Source: Chrysomallon squamiferum
Taxonomy: Eukaryota > Animalia > Mollusca
NCBI GenBank assembly: GCA_012295275.1
Contig: CM022679.1
Location: 26,846,001 to 26,910,000 of the forward strand
DNA: 64,000 nt
Direction: 5' to 3'
Both the position numbers and the translations under genes were made by a program. Below are positions 50,702-64,000 of this stretch, piece after piece; within the stretch, counting starts at the first letter, position 1; each line of letters starts with the position of its first letter. The notes beneath the pieces are model-generated. The model was not told the origin of the DNA and ran no database searches. It was given only the letters and a program-made list of their open reading frames with translations.

Positions 50702-53700
50702 CATCAGCAATTCAGCCTTCTCAGTGACAGTATGACTGCAGGAATGAATACTGACACAACAGCACTGATCAGTGAAGACATGACAAGAGTTGATCCTGTG
50801 ACCCATTACACCTCAGACCAAGATTTCTCTAGCCCACAGACAGCACTTAAAGAGTCATAATAAGAAACTGTCTACAGTTTCATTAACAAACTAAATTGTA
50901 ATAAAAAGTGGCAAAGTGTAATCATTCTTGTGCCCCCACTGGATTATTTCCCATTCCAACCTGTATGATATAAATGGTTTATCAAAGATGCTTAGTACTG
51001 GCCACCTGCCTCCCTGTCAGTGAGAACATCAATGTAAGAAACTCCTTGCTGATGTAGATAAAGCACGATTTTTGATATTCTGTGTGTGTGTTTGTTAAAA
51101 TATACACAGTATATTCAAATGTTAGCGTGACAATACTGAATTACATCACTGCACAAAATGTAACCAAATACATTTACATTCAGCATTAAAAAAAAGCAAA
51201 AAAAAAGCATTTGAGATTTCATGTGCATGAAAATATCACTTAAATTTATACATCCAAATCATATACACAAACAATAGAATAAGAACATAATGAATTCAAT
51301 CCAGCACACTATAAATCATTAATCTCAAAAGTGATTGTCTTTGCTACCTCCCGAAACAAAACGAAACACTGGTAGCATCATTAGGCTGGTTAGAAATGTA
51401 TAGCTACAGTTATGAAAACTGGGTAGGGTGAAAGACAGTGGATCTATTTAAAAACATTACCATGCTGGTTTTTGAAGCAGTAACTTAAATAAAATAACTA
51501 TCTTCAGGTCTAGGTAATATTAATTAAATATTAATTAAACATCCAGAACTCTGTCTACTCAAGGTTGAAGTATATGTGCAACCCATTTCCATAAAAGATG
51601 CACAAAGTCACTTACAGCCAATGTCACCATACATCAGATTAATTATAAAATTTGTTTTTAAAAATAAAACTGAAGGTTTTTTTTTTCATGTTTATCTCCT
51701 ACAATCATTTTAACAATAATTCACTTTGTTTTTCTTAAACTGTGTTGAATATATGTGTGTCCTTCGAGTGAAACAAATTAAAAAATATATATATTATACT
51801 GACAATTTTTAAAAGCAATAATCGTATTTTGATTACTGATAAATCAGCAAGGCTTTTATCATTTAACATATTATATTTCGTAGGTTCTAAATGACAGAAA
51901 CTCAAAAAATAAATTATAATAAAATTTAAAAAATTCAAAATGTGACTTGATGCACCTTTTGTGGGAATGGGTCAGATATGTTCTGGGTACAAAATTCTAT
52001 GACTGTGTCTGCACAAATGTAGAATAATTATTTAAAATGAAGGTATTATGATCTGGACAAGGGTTGTTACTGGGATATGATCACAGTACCTTCCAGACTT
52101 AAGCTGAGGATTTAACCATGGTTAGACATTATTGAAACTCCTCTAAACATGGCCAAAAGCAACAACTAAAACATCTGTTAATTTTAAGCTTTTATTTACT
52201 TACTTATTTACTTCTGTTTTCAATTTTAAATGCATTATTTATTCATTCTCTGAAGAGAATCAAAATTATCTGACCGGTGAAATTATGAAAAGAACAATTG
52301 TTGAATTATTTTTCTCTTTTTTATTTACATCAACTATTTACATGTTCAGTATCATTTACTCATGATTTTAACCTTTATTTTTGAAACTGGATGCAAACAA
52401 AATTAATATCACCAATACAGACATCATAGATTAAAATTAATAAAAGCAATATTTGATAAAGTAAAGCTGGTATACAATACTAATAAACCAAAATAATAAA
52501 AAAAAGGTTATCATCTGGTAATATTTCTGTAAAGCCAAGAGCAGGGTAATGGAGATTTGGTCTCACATCTAGACAAAGCAATATAATTCATTAATATTAA
52601 TGAAGCAATAGATCTGCTGAGACAAATTAATATTAATTAAACAGTAGCATTTGTTAATATTAAAAAAAAAAAAAAAAAATCAACTGTAACAGAAAGGTAT
52701 AGTTTCAGATTTAACTTAAGAAACAGGATATTTTTTTTAACATTATTCAAACAGGGAGGACTGAATGGTATTAAGATAAGACCTTTTTAATATTAATAAA
52801 GTACGTACTAATTAATATTAAAGGTGAACAGGCTATCTATAGTAATAAATCAGGTAGAATAGATTAACATTACTGAGCAGACTAAAATAATCCAGTATAG
52901 ATAGTCTTTAATGAAGAAGAAATAGCTGATAAATAAAATGGGTATAACTTTAATATTAATAAAGCTATGTGCTGTTTACTAATATTAATAAAAGTTGTAC
53001 TGTTTATTAACATTTAATTTTTTTATTTTTATTTTTAATTAATACCATTAATTAATATATAAAAATAATAATAAAAAAATAAATAAATAAATAAACCAAA
53101 ATGTTTATTAATATAAAAAAAGAAAAGAAAAAGAACCTGCAGTTTAGAAATATTAACAAAGCTGTACTGCTTATTAATATTAATTAGGTTGACTGAGTTA
53201 CAAAATTATAATGACAAGCAGTAATCATGCTATGTAAACAAACTCTGTGAGTGGTGTTTACCACTGAATGTAAACAAGTTAAATAGTGGTTCCACTTTAC
53301 TTTCAAACTCACAAGTTGCTTCAGTTATGATGTAGATGTTCTACCATGCAGCTGTTTTGATGTTCGATATTATCTGTTTTGTACAAAATAATTTCTTGAC
53401 TTGTTTCATCATAGTGTAGCCATATTAAATTTCACCATTTTTGTTAACCATTTTTAATTTTTACCATTTTGTATCTGATTTAAATGACATTTTGTAGTTA
53501 TTTCAAATTTGCCATTTTTGCTGATCAGTTTGAATGCATGTTCCCATTCTGCAGCTGTTTTGATGCTAACTGTTTTTCAAAAGTCATTTTCAAGTCCATT
53601 ATTCTGAGATTATTCCATTTTATTGCCATTTGTGAGTTAAATACCAATATTTAATATATGATTTACAACAGATCAACTTCTGTCTTATTTAAATATATAA

Positions 53701-53738
53701 AACTATGTCACAGAGATGTAATACTCTATAAAAGAATG

Positions 53739-53770
<32 letters not shown>

Positions 53771-54746
53771 ATCTCTTTCTTCATTGTAATGAGAAAATCA
53801 CACAAACTAACTAAATAATAACAAATAATAAATATAATTCTTCTATCATTAGAACATGAAAATGCAAAAAAAAAATACAATTGAAAAGAAAGTAGTGGTT
53901 ACTTTCTGTAAAAAAAAATTAAATAAGAAGGAAAAAAATCTGACATATATCTTCCAAAATCTTGAAATAGTTAAATTTTTATATATTTTTATGACAACAA
54001 ATAGAACAAATTTTGTTAATAAAATACAAAACAAAAACAGTAATTCAAAAAGATTTAATAATAATAATAATAAAAAAAAAACAGATTAATAAGAAAATAA
54101 TAATAGTATAATTCTATCAAGTTAAAACAAAAAATAGAATAATAATAGAAAAAATAAAATATATCAAACTTTTAATAAATTAAAAAAGTAAGTAGTGTTT
54201 TATATATATATATATATTTAAATAGTTTGACTAATAAAGAGACAGAGAACACTGGGAATATTTTGTATACTTTTCAGTGATAAGATTGTCCAAAATTAAA
54301 AATCAATATGTTTGTGTTTGTGTAGACAAACATATACAAACAAAAATAAGAGTGTTTATATTCCAGCAATGAGAAAATCTCAGTTAAGAAAACTAAGTTA
54401 TTCTCTTTAATGACACAGCCACCAGCGCAAGTCAATTTTTTTTTTTTTTTTTTTGACACCATTCTCAGACTCACAGAAACAATAATAACCCTTTTAGCAC
54501 CGTGAAACAATAGCAAAACTGTGGTGAAGAAAACCGTGCATTATTTTTTTAATTTCTTTTTTTTTTTTTTTTTTTTTTTTAAACTTAACCTGACATCTCT
54601 GCAGTTACTCATCCTATGTGCTGAATATAACTGTTTTGGAAAATATACCACAACCCTGGAGGAATCAATACCTTATAACATCAGTTCACTAAAATATACT
54701 GGCCATGCATGTAACAATCTTTGACACTACAACACTATATCAGCCA

Positions 54747-54778
<32 letters not shown>

Positions 54779-55152
54779 ATTTCTTCTAACAAAAATGTTA
54801 ATGAGCAATACAGCAACTACCGGGTACAGCAAATAATTTGAGCCAATCAGAAAGCACAATACATCTACGTTAACATGGCAACATACACTGGGCATCTCTG
54901 AATTCTTGTACCTCACAGTGAAGAGTTAGTTTGTCTCTGATAACAGAAGGCGGTCAGTGCTAAAAGGGTTTAAAGAATTATTTTAGTGAGATTTAAAAAA
55001 AAAAAACATAGCACACATACAAGTTAGACAAATAGTGCTGTATATATATAATTCTATCAATATAAAACAAAAAGACCAAAAACTTTCATTTTTTTTTTTT
55101 TAAAAAAAAAAAAACTGTCAAAAAATCTCCTTGGAGCATTTTCATCAGTCGT

Positions 55153-55904
55153 TTACTTCCGACTTCGGGAGCGTACGTCCATCGCTGTCTGAAGAATCTG
55201 GCTCAGCTCCATCAGGTGCATCTGTTTGTTTCCTGTTGCTGCAGCAGCTGAGGCATGTCGACCAGCGTACCTACAACAACAACAACAACAGCAGCAGTGG
55301 CATTAGTTATGAAATATGTAAAATGTAAGCAAGTGATTATCCAGCATATTCTAATGCAGGTTTTGTTGGTGTAAACATACGTCCTTCGAAAAATTCAGGT
55401 TTTTTTTCGTTCCTTTCTTGAATCTTTGTTAATAATAAAGTATGGAAATGAAAAAAACAAAACAAATCATGGACATTCAGTTTGTCTGATTTAACTAATA
55501 TAAACATTTATTAATACGAGTATCACACTATTTATCAGCAGGATTGATACTGGAGTTCACCTGGGTTACTGGATTTTCTGAACCAAGATTTTTAAAATGT
55601 AAAATAAACAATGAAAAATAAAGAACAAAACTGTATTTAAAAGATAGAAATCAATACTCTTATTAACCCAGTTTTCTAGAAGTCATACCAACAATACCTG
55701 TTTCAGACACACACACACACACAAAATTATGTTTAGGGCAAAAACAAATGCTGTCATAACTAAAATGAATATTAAAATTGATTTGAACAGGATTTTATTT
55801 ATTTAAAGTTGTTTAAGAGGTAAACCATACATTATAGTTTCTATGAAAAATAATTACAAACCAAATGTTTAAAATAATACATTACTAATCAAACCACATT
55901 TGAA

Positions 55905-55940
<36 letters not shown>

Positions 55941-58900
55941 ACAACCAAAACGAAACGAGAAATAAAACTAAATTTCTCTTACTCTAATTCAGAGTCTTTG
56001 TTGATCTTGTGGAGAATGGTTTTGATTCGCGCCTGCACGTACATCCATGCTCCCATGTTCTTGTGCTCCTCCTGGGCCCAGGTCAGACAGGCCTTTGGGT
56101 ATTTCTCAATTTCAGACTTGACCAAGTCAAACGGAAACGGCGTGAGCTAAAAGAACACAAAAATAAACTCACTCGGAAAAACAATACACACTGGAGGATG
56201 AACAGAGCAGAGGAACACCTCCAAACATTTCTTTCAAGTTAAAAATTATTAAATTATTAAACATTTATTTTATGATATTTAATTACATTTTGATACCAAG
56301 AGCTGTTGGTATAGTGTACTGTTTATTTAGTTATTTATATACAACAATTAACTGAGTGGGAAACAAAAATCATTTGTGGCCTGGTGATGGGCTACTGTTA
56401 TTGTTTAGCAGAATAAAATATTTTATAGAAACCTTCCCAAGGACTTAAACATTATAACAAATATATAGCTGGATTGGGAAATAATCTGTATACCTAGGAT
56501 TACAGATTTTGTTCCTGACTGTATCTAATAACTGAGCCACAGCCAGTTTTTTTTTCAACTAAAATCACTCTGGACCAATCTAAGAGTGACAAATCCATAC
56601 GTATGAGATATCCAAAAACATGTAATGCTTGGTGCAGAGTATGAACATTTAATTTTTTCTTCTTTTAACTGATTACAAATCTCTAACACAGTGTTTTTCA
56701 AAGTCACAACATCTGAAATCACTGTCAAAAAAACGTGTGCAGTCAAGGACTTGTTACCTGTTCAATTCTAGAAATAGCAATCTTGTCCACGACTCCTTTC
56801 TGCTCTCGTTCCTTCACCAGCTCATAGTAGAGCTTTCCAGTGCAGAAGACCAGTTTCTTCACACCGCTAGGGTTGTCTGCTGCCTCTCCACTTTCTGCTA
56901 TCACACGTTTGAACGTCGTCCCTTCCTTCATCTCATCGAAACTTGACCTCGCTTCAGGCAGACGCAACAAACTCTTTGGTGTCATCACAATCAGCTGCCA
57001 AAAAAATAATAATTCAAATCACTGTTAGCAGCAAAATAAAATTTAAATTACTATTAGCTGCAAAAAATAATTCAAATCACCTTCAGCTGCAAAAATAATT
57101 CAAATCAGCATCAGTTTCAAAAAGTAATTTAAATCACTATTAGCTGCAGAAATAATTCAAATCACTATACCAGCTGCAAAAGGTAATTCAAATCACTATT
57201 AGTTGCAAAAATTCTAATCACTATTAGCTGCAGAAATAATTCAAATCACTATCGGCTGCAAAAAGTAATTCAAATCACTATTAGTTGAAGAAACAATTCA
57301 TATCACTATCAACTGCAGAACTAATTCAAATGACTGTCATCTTCCAAAATAATTTAAATGTCATTATTTGTTGTACTGATTATTCAAATCCCTACCAGTC
57401 ACAATGATAATTCAAACTGGTGTTAGCTGCAGAAATAAATTGAATCACTATTAACTATAGTAATAATTCAAGTCACTACAGGTATTAGCTACAGTAATAA
57501 TTTAAAATTACTATTACTGTAATTAGCTGTAACAATAATTTAAAAAAAAACGAAAATTAGATTTTGGCACATTTCGTAATCATTACTGGTGGTTGTGGTA
57601 ATTACCAGAAAGTCAAATCATGTCTGAGAAGTAAAAATCAAATCAGAAGTAAGTGGGAATGAAAAAAGAAGAGAAAATCAGACAAATTGTGAGATTAGCT
57701 CTGGTGTATAATGAGATGGATTCCTAGATTCAACACACTCACAGGTTTTCTGAATGGCAGGACAATCTGTCGCCTCATCGCGTGGAAGAAGTTGGCAGGA
57801 GTGGTCAGGTTACATACAATCCAGTTTGTCTCATGAAGCTGCTGAATTTCAAAGTTTTGATTCTCTGGCTGCAAACAACAACAACAACAATAATAATAAT
57901 AACAATAACAATAATAATAATAGCAATAATAATAATAATAAATAAATAAATAAAAATAGATAAATAAGACTGAAGAAAGAAATATTTTATTTAAAAGTAT
58001 ATTTAAGATATATGTCAATACTACAGCAAACTATGCACCAGAATACATGTGGATTACTGTCCTTATAGTTAACAAGAAAGGAAATTTGATGTGGGTTACT
58101 TTTTCATAAATTGCAACAAAGGGTATCTATTATAAGCTCTTTCTCACAGTTAGTTATGTATAGACCATATTACAGTATTTGATAAGCAGCTAGAACAGGA
58201 ATTTTTTCAACAGAGGTACAACTGGTTTGATTTTTCTATATTTACAGACTGTTGTATCAAATGTACTGGTATGTCTGACCTATGGTTCTAATACTTTCAT
58301 ATACAACAGTTCCGTAACTGCAATTAATCCTATATATCTACTGACTACAAACAATAACACTAGCTAAACAACAGTACATAAACATATTCAGAGTTAAGTC
58401 TACTAGTACAATTCAAAAAGGAAAAGGTTATTGTTTTAAAATAAGAGAGATCTACAACTGGCTTAATTAAAAAAGGAACAGGCTACTGTTTTAAAACAGG
58501 AGAGACCCATCAGATGATGCATTATTTCAAAATGAAGGATGAAACTGTTCACTTGTAAGAACAAACTCACAGGGAAGTGGTCAGGGTCATCATTACTCAT
58601 CTGCAGGAAACGCTCCAGTCTGGCACTTGAGTGCTCTGGACCCTGAAATCAAAACAAAACCAATTTTCTTCAACTTTTCAACCACAATCTTATCAATTTT
58701 AAACTGTCCAGCTGAATGGTTTTTTTTTGTTTTTTTGTTTTTCAAAGCAAAAAACCATTTCTCAACAGACCGAAAACGACTAGGACAAATTACCATTATT
58801 TCATGGCTGTAGACAAAGACAACTTACCATTCCTTCATACCCATGAGGCAGCAGGAGGACTATGCCACTCTGCCGCACCCACTTAGCTTGTCCGCTGGAG

Positions 58901-61900
58901 ATGAACTGATCAATTATGCACTGAGCTGTATTGGCAAAGTCTCCAAACTGGGCTTCCCAGATCACCAGAGCTGTTGGGTTGGACAGGGAAAAGCCAAGCT
59001 CGAATCCTGAAAGAGGTGGTATTAGAAGTGTTATCAGTGATACTGGTGTGGTCTAGGGTGAGTGAAATACTTTTACTTCTACTCAAGTACAAAATAAAAG
59101 TATCTTGTAACAAATCCACCTGAATTAGAAAGTAAAACTATTTTCTAAAACTAATTAAAAAAAAAATGTAGAAGGTAGAAGTTAATGAAACACAAAATAC
59201 AAGAATCAAATGCACTGCGACCACAGACATGTGCTGCCACCTTCAGTTGACATCGATACCTCCTTGTACAGAAGTGTGCAAAGCAAGCACACCATCTTTA
59301 ACAAATTTCCCTTTCCTGACAAGAATCATCAGCAGATGTGGCCACTGGTGTTGTCACAATCTCAGTTCCCTTTTGCCACTCTCTACTTTTCATGATCTCA
59401 AAATAAACTAGTTGCTATAATGAGAGTTAAAAGTAGGTTTTCTGTAAATACTTACCTAAAACCACATTCCATGAAAGAACTTAAAGTGGGTTTTTTCTAT
59501 GAATACTCACCAAGTACTCCATACTCTGACAGTGAGCTGCTACACACAGTGTAGTTGGTTTTCTAGGAATACTCACCAAGTACTCCATACTCTGACAGTG
59601 AGCTGTTGCACACAGTGTAGTTGGTTTTCTAGGAATACTCACCAAGTACTCCATACTCTGACAGTGAGCTGCTACACACAGTGTAGTTGGTTTTCTAGGA
59701 ATACTCACCAAGTACTCCATACTCTGACAGTGAGCTGTTACACACAGTGTAGGTGGCCTGGTCTGGATACAAGTGATTCAGAGGTACATAGATACACTTG
59801 TCAATATTCTGGTGGTGAAGCACATGGTGACGGTGACTGGAATAAATAAAAATAAAAATGAAAGATTCAAACAAACACAGAAATGGTGATTGCAGAAGCA
59901 ATTTAAGAGAGAGACACATATTCACTTCAGTTAAATAATATTGTAGTTCTCTTGTATCTAGTAGTTAAATAATGGTATGATGATATATGTCACCCAAATT
60001 AATGGTGTCAGTGCACAATTTGTTATAAAATAAGGTGTGATCTGTAATGAACAGTAACATATTCACTTTCTGAATGTGGAATGTTTTAATCCTGAGTAAC
60101 GATATTTTTATACATTCTGAATAATGAAGTCACAGTACCCGAGTTGTGACATGTCACATAAACTGAAAGACCTGCAACATTCCATGATGACAGTCACTCA
60201 TAAAAGGATTCAACCAAACACAAACACACCTCTCAAAGACACACACACACACACACACAATCAGATGTTGTAGCTGTAGATGCAAATGTCACCTGAAAGT
60301 GCCACGTTCCACATCCTGCCCACTCAGTCGGACTGGGCTGCCTTCTTTGAGCAGAGATCCAAAGGCGAGAGCTTCTCCAAGGGCCCAGTCAGCCATGCGA
60401 TTCTGAACCATTTCTCCTCGGCTTTTCAGAATCCTCTTTAAACCTGTCAACAACAAAAACTTGTGTCTAACACGTTAAAGTCTCTCTGCTTTAAACCTGT
60501 CAACAACAAAAACTTGTATCAAACACATTAAAGTCTCTCTGCTTTAAACCTGTCAACAACAAAAACTTGTATCCAATACACATTAAAGTCTCTTTGCTTT
60601 AAACCTGTCAACAACAAAAACTTGTGTCTAATACACGTTAAAGTCTCTTTGCTTTAAACCTGTCAACAACAAAAACTTGTGTCTAATACACGTTAAAGTC
60701 TCTCTGCTTTAAACCTGTCAACAACAAAAACATTACAGTCTCTCTGCTGCATGATGTGAACATACTGACTAAATACATTCTAAATATTTCCAGTGCTCTT
60801 CAAGTGAAAAAAAACCAGTCTGAATTATCTAAATAACCCTTCAGTGCTTCCAGGTAACAGATTTTTTTTTTTTTTTTTTTTGACCCTGTCTTTGCTGTTC
60901 CTATACTGACAACTTATTGATTTATTTGTTGCTTCTTAAAGTATGATGGCACGAACATGGAAAGAACAATCATCTGATAATTCTGCATTTTAACAAACTA
61001 GAAGTGTAGAAATAATCAAAAAAACTTAACAAACCTCCATGGATGACGAAGTCATCAGGTGGAGTGCTGAACACATTTCCAATATGGTGCAGGACATCCT
61101 CGGAGATTCCTGTTATGGGCATCTTCATGGGATCCCGTCCCTCAAAGAAGTTGCCCCAGGGTGAGTCCAGCCAGTCTGTGTTTTTCACAGCAGTTTCTTT
61201 CTTTGCGGCCACGTAAGCTTCTTCACAGATTTTGTCATACTTAGCTACTTCCTCCTGCAACGGAAAAGAGACAGAATCATGGGACTGTTCATAACAATGA
61301 TGATGTTGATATTTATTACAATAATGATGATGTAAATATTAATGATGATTTATGTCAAATATTTATGATTATGATGGTGATGATGATGCTTATGATAGTG
61401 ACATTTACTACACAATTTTAGATCTGAACAAGTACAATGTAAATAAAAAGATAAACTGGTTAAAGATTTTATTTTTTTTTTTTTATATGTTTATCTGGTA
61501 TGTAGTACATTACCCTAACAATACACAAGTAAACACAAAAATCAAAGTAAATCTATTCACACTATCGCAGCCAGTATTGTGAAATATATTTTGAATTAAA
61601 TATATTGACAATACATGCAAATATATTTAATGTGGAGAGTGTAAAATAAATGTCACTGACAGATACAACAAGATACAGTACCTCGTATTCCTGCTGTGAA
61701 ACAACACCGCTAGCGACCAGGTTTTGAGCATACTTGGCCAGACATGTTGGCTGTTTGGCAATCTTCTTGTACATGAGAGGTTGGGTGAACAGTGGCTCAT
61801 CAATTTCATTGTGTCCAAACCGCCGATAACAAACCTAGGTGACAAACACATCAATTTAAACATTTTCAACTGAAAACTCAGGTGACAAACACATCAATTT

Positions 61901-63543
61901 AAACACTTTCAACTGCAAACCTAGGTGACAAACACATCAATTTAAACAGCAAACCTAGGTGACAAACACCAATTTAAACACTTTTCAATTTAAATATTTT
62001 TTAACTGCAGGTGACAAACACCAATTTAAACACTTTCAACAGCAAACCTAGGTGACAAACACATCAATTTAAATATTTTTAACTGCAACCTAGGTGACAA
62101 ACATTTCAATTTAAACACTTTCAACAGCAAACCTAGGTGACAAACACACCAATTTAAACACTTTCAACAGCAAACCTAGGTGACAAACATTTCAATTTAA
62201 ATACTTTCAACTGCAAACCTAGGTGACAAACACATCAATTTAAATATTTTCAGCTACGAACTAAAAATAGGATCAACAGTATAATAAGAACATGCTTTAA
62301 ATAAAATCAGCTTTGACTAGATAACAAACACATCTATTTAAACACTTTCAACAGCAAACCTTTATAATAAAAAATATCAATTTAAAAACTATTATCATCA
62401 ACCCTAGATAACAAATAAATTAATTGAAATTCCATTAGAAGCAACCTTTAATAATCAATTTAAATATTTTCTACAGCAGACCTTGATAACAAAACATTTT
62501 TAATATAACTACTTTAACAGGGATACGTAACAAGTATCTCACAAGGCCAACAACATGAACAACGTTCAAAGTAACTCACAAGATCAATGACTACGTCTTT
62601 TCCAAACGTTGTCCTCCAGTCAGCAGCTACCTTGCACACGTGAATGACAGCCTCGGGGTCATCAGCATTCACGTGGAAGATAGGCGCGTTCACCACCCGG
62701 GCAACGTCGGTGCAGTACGGCGAAGACCTGGCCATGCGAGGATCTGTGGTGAAACCAATCTGAAAGAGAAAACATTAAAACTTTCTGGGTTCTCAGTTTA
62801 GGCAGCATGGATGGAAATTGTCTTTATTTTCTCTTCAGTCAAAAGAAAGGGTTAAGAATATTGTGCCTCTGATATACCTGAGTTACATATTTTCTGCATG
62901 TTTGGCGTGAAGAAATGGTTAATATATTTCTTTGTTTCAGCATAAAGGGTTGGCAGTCTAGTTTTTAATCACATCTAAGAGTAAACAACCTACCAAACTT
63001 GCATCCACATAATCTACAGGAAAGGTTAGCATATTTGTGTCTACAAAATCTACAGAAAAATTTAACATTTGTCTACAAAATCTACAGGAAAGGTTAACAT
63101 CTATGACTACACAGTCTACAGAAAGGGTTAATATTTATGTTTATACAATCTAAAGTAAGAATATGATTCTTAACTAATATGAGTGTTAACAAGGTCAGAG
63201 TGGATGTAACCAATCTTATTGTTAACAAGATGGATCAGACTGGATGTAACTAACCTGATTGTTAACAAGATGGATCAGACTGGATGCTGCTAACCTTATT
63301 GTTAACAAAATGGATCAGACTGGATATAAGTAACCTGATTGTTAACTAGATGGATCAGACTGGATGTAACTAACCTGACTGTTAACAAGATGGATCAGAC
63401 TGGATGTAACTAACCTGATTGTTAACGACGAGGTGAATTGTTCCATGTGTGGTGTACGCAGGCAGGTCACTCAAGTGGAATGTCTCATAAACAACACCCT
63501 GTCCTGCAAAAGCAGCATCACCATGAAGTAAGATACTCATCAC
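55153..63543 (-). CDS. OGDH: 2-oxoglutarate dehydrogenase E1, 3' part (5' end beyond the window)
   Basis: Minus-strand exons 63543-63415, 62759-62580, 61834-61682, 61254-61035, 60443-60293, 59836-59709, 59006-58828, 58642-58571, 57868-57743, 56994-56758, 56146-55983, 55270-55153 (TAA). Motifs [20 protein letters not shown] (TPP binding), [60 protein letters not shown]. Confidence 0.97.
56990..57540. repeat. ~30-bp degenerate minisatellite overlapping an OGDH acceptor
   Basis: Repeated AATAATTCAAATCACTATTAGCTGCA. Confidence 0.9.
59490..59755. repeat. 66-bp tandem repeat, about 4 copies, containing an OGDH exon end and donor
   Basis: Repeated GAATACTCACCAAGTACTCCATACTCTGACAGTGAGCTG..ACACAGTGTAG. 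Confidence 0.95.
60435..60750. repeat. ~54-55-bp tandem repeat containing an OGDH acceptor
   Basis: Repeated TTTAAACCTGTCAACAACAAAAACTTG..TTAAAGTCTCT. Confidence 0.95.
61829..62360. repeat. ~43-bp tandem repeat containing an OGDH acceptor
   Basis: Repeated AAACCTAGGTGACAAACACATCAATTTAAACACTTTCAAC. Confidence 0.95.
63185..63427. repeat. 40-bp tandem repeat containing an OGDH donor
   Basis: Repeated GTTAACAAGATGGATCAGACTGGATGTAACTAACCTGATT. Confidence 0.95.
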
Positions 63544-64000
63544 CTGGAACAAGTTGTAAACAAAACATGAAACAAGTGTGGGTCACGCTGACACACTGCA
63601 AAAGCAGTGAGACCAATCAAAAAACACTGTGATTATATTTAAACATTACGTATAAAAACGTGTGTCATATAAGAAGTACATGAAACTGGATTCAGTCAGA
63701 TTAAAACAACAGGAAAAGTGTGTGACACATAATAAAACAAAATTAAACGGAGTGACAGTAAAACAATACAAAACAGTAAGTCATATTAAACAAAACGGAA
63801 TAAAACCAAAGCCATGGGAAAATAATTTGAAACAAAATTTTTAGTCATATAAAAAAAAAAAACATTATTAGATACAAATCATATTAAACATAAAACAGAA
63901 CTCGGTCACATTAAAACATTATAAAACACCAATCACATTCAAATATAAGTCAAGACTCAAAGTCACATTAAAACATGAAAAGAGACTGAAAACACACACA

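Noticed and set aside
50511-50806. ORFs with poly-Leu/Ile/Thr tracts resembling membrane proteins
   Set aside because: Translations of (ATT)n and (ACT)n microsatellites.
59200-59411. Higher-complexity segment in an OGDH intron, considered as an alternative exon
   Set aside because: No recognisable OGDH-like peptide, and the flanking exons already join in frame.
59481-59849. Repeat-protein ORFs and a superficially CRISPR-like array
   Set aside because: Head-to-tail 66-bp repeats with no unique spacers in a eukaryotic intron, derived from an OGDH exon end.

Overview
AT-rich, intron-rich animal genomic DNA with many microsatellites, probably from an invertebrate such as a mollusc (inferred from composition and gene style, not established). 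The first ~43 kb is a tandem cluster of an unusual immune/cell-death gene family on the + strand. Gene B (29825-41029, 13 coding exons) reads tandem DED-DED, linker, IRAK/Pelle-like kinase, RING-like Cys/His domain, then a C14 protease that looks metacaspase/bacterial-type (YYTGH...ILDTCYSG). It carries one frameshift in DED2. Gene A (<715-19566, 5' end outside the window) has the kinase+RING module duplicated in frame, giving kinase-RING-pseudokinase-RING-protease. All three kinase copies have DPG in place of DFG. Gene B's upstream region has two IRF/ISRE-consensus sites. Further along are RPUSD1 (+, about 45075-48725) and the 3' part of OGDH (-, 55153->63543), where five exon boundaries sit inside tandem repeats that copy the splice site. 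DNA transposon remnants include a Tc1 element with a nested insertion, a Tigger-like MITE and hAT-like MITEs. Exon coordinates were read by hand from splice signals and paralog comparison; no database searches were run.
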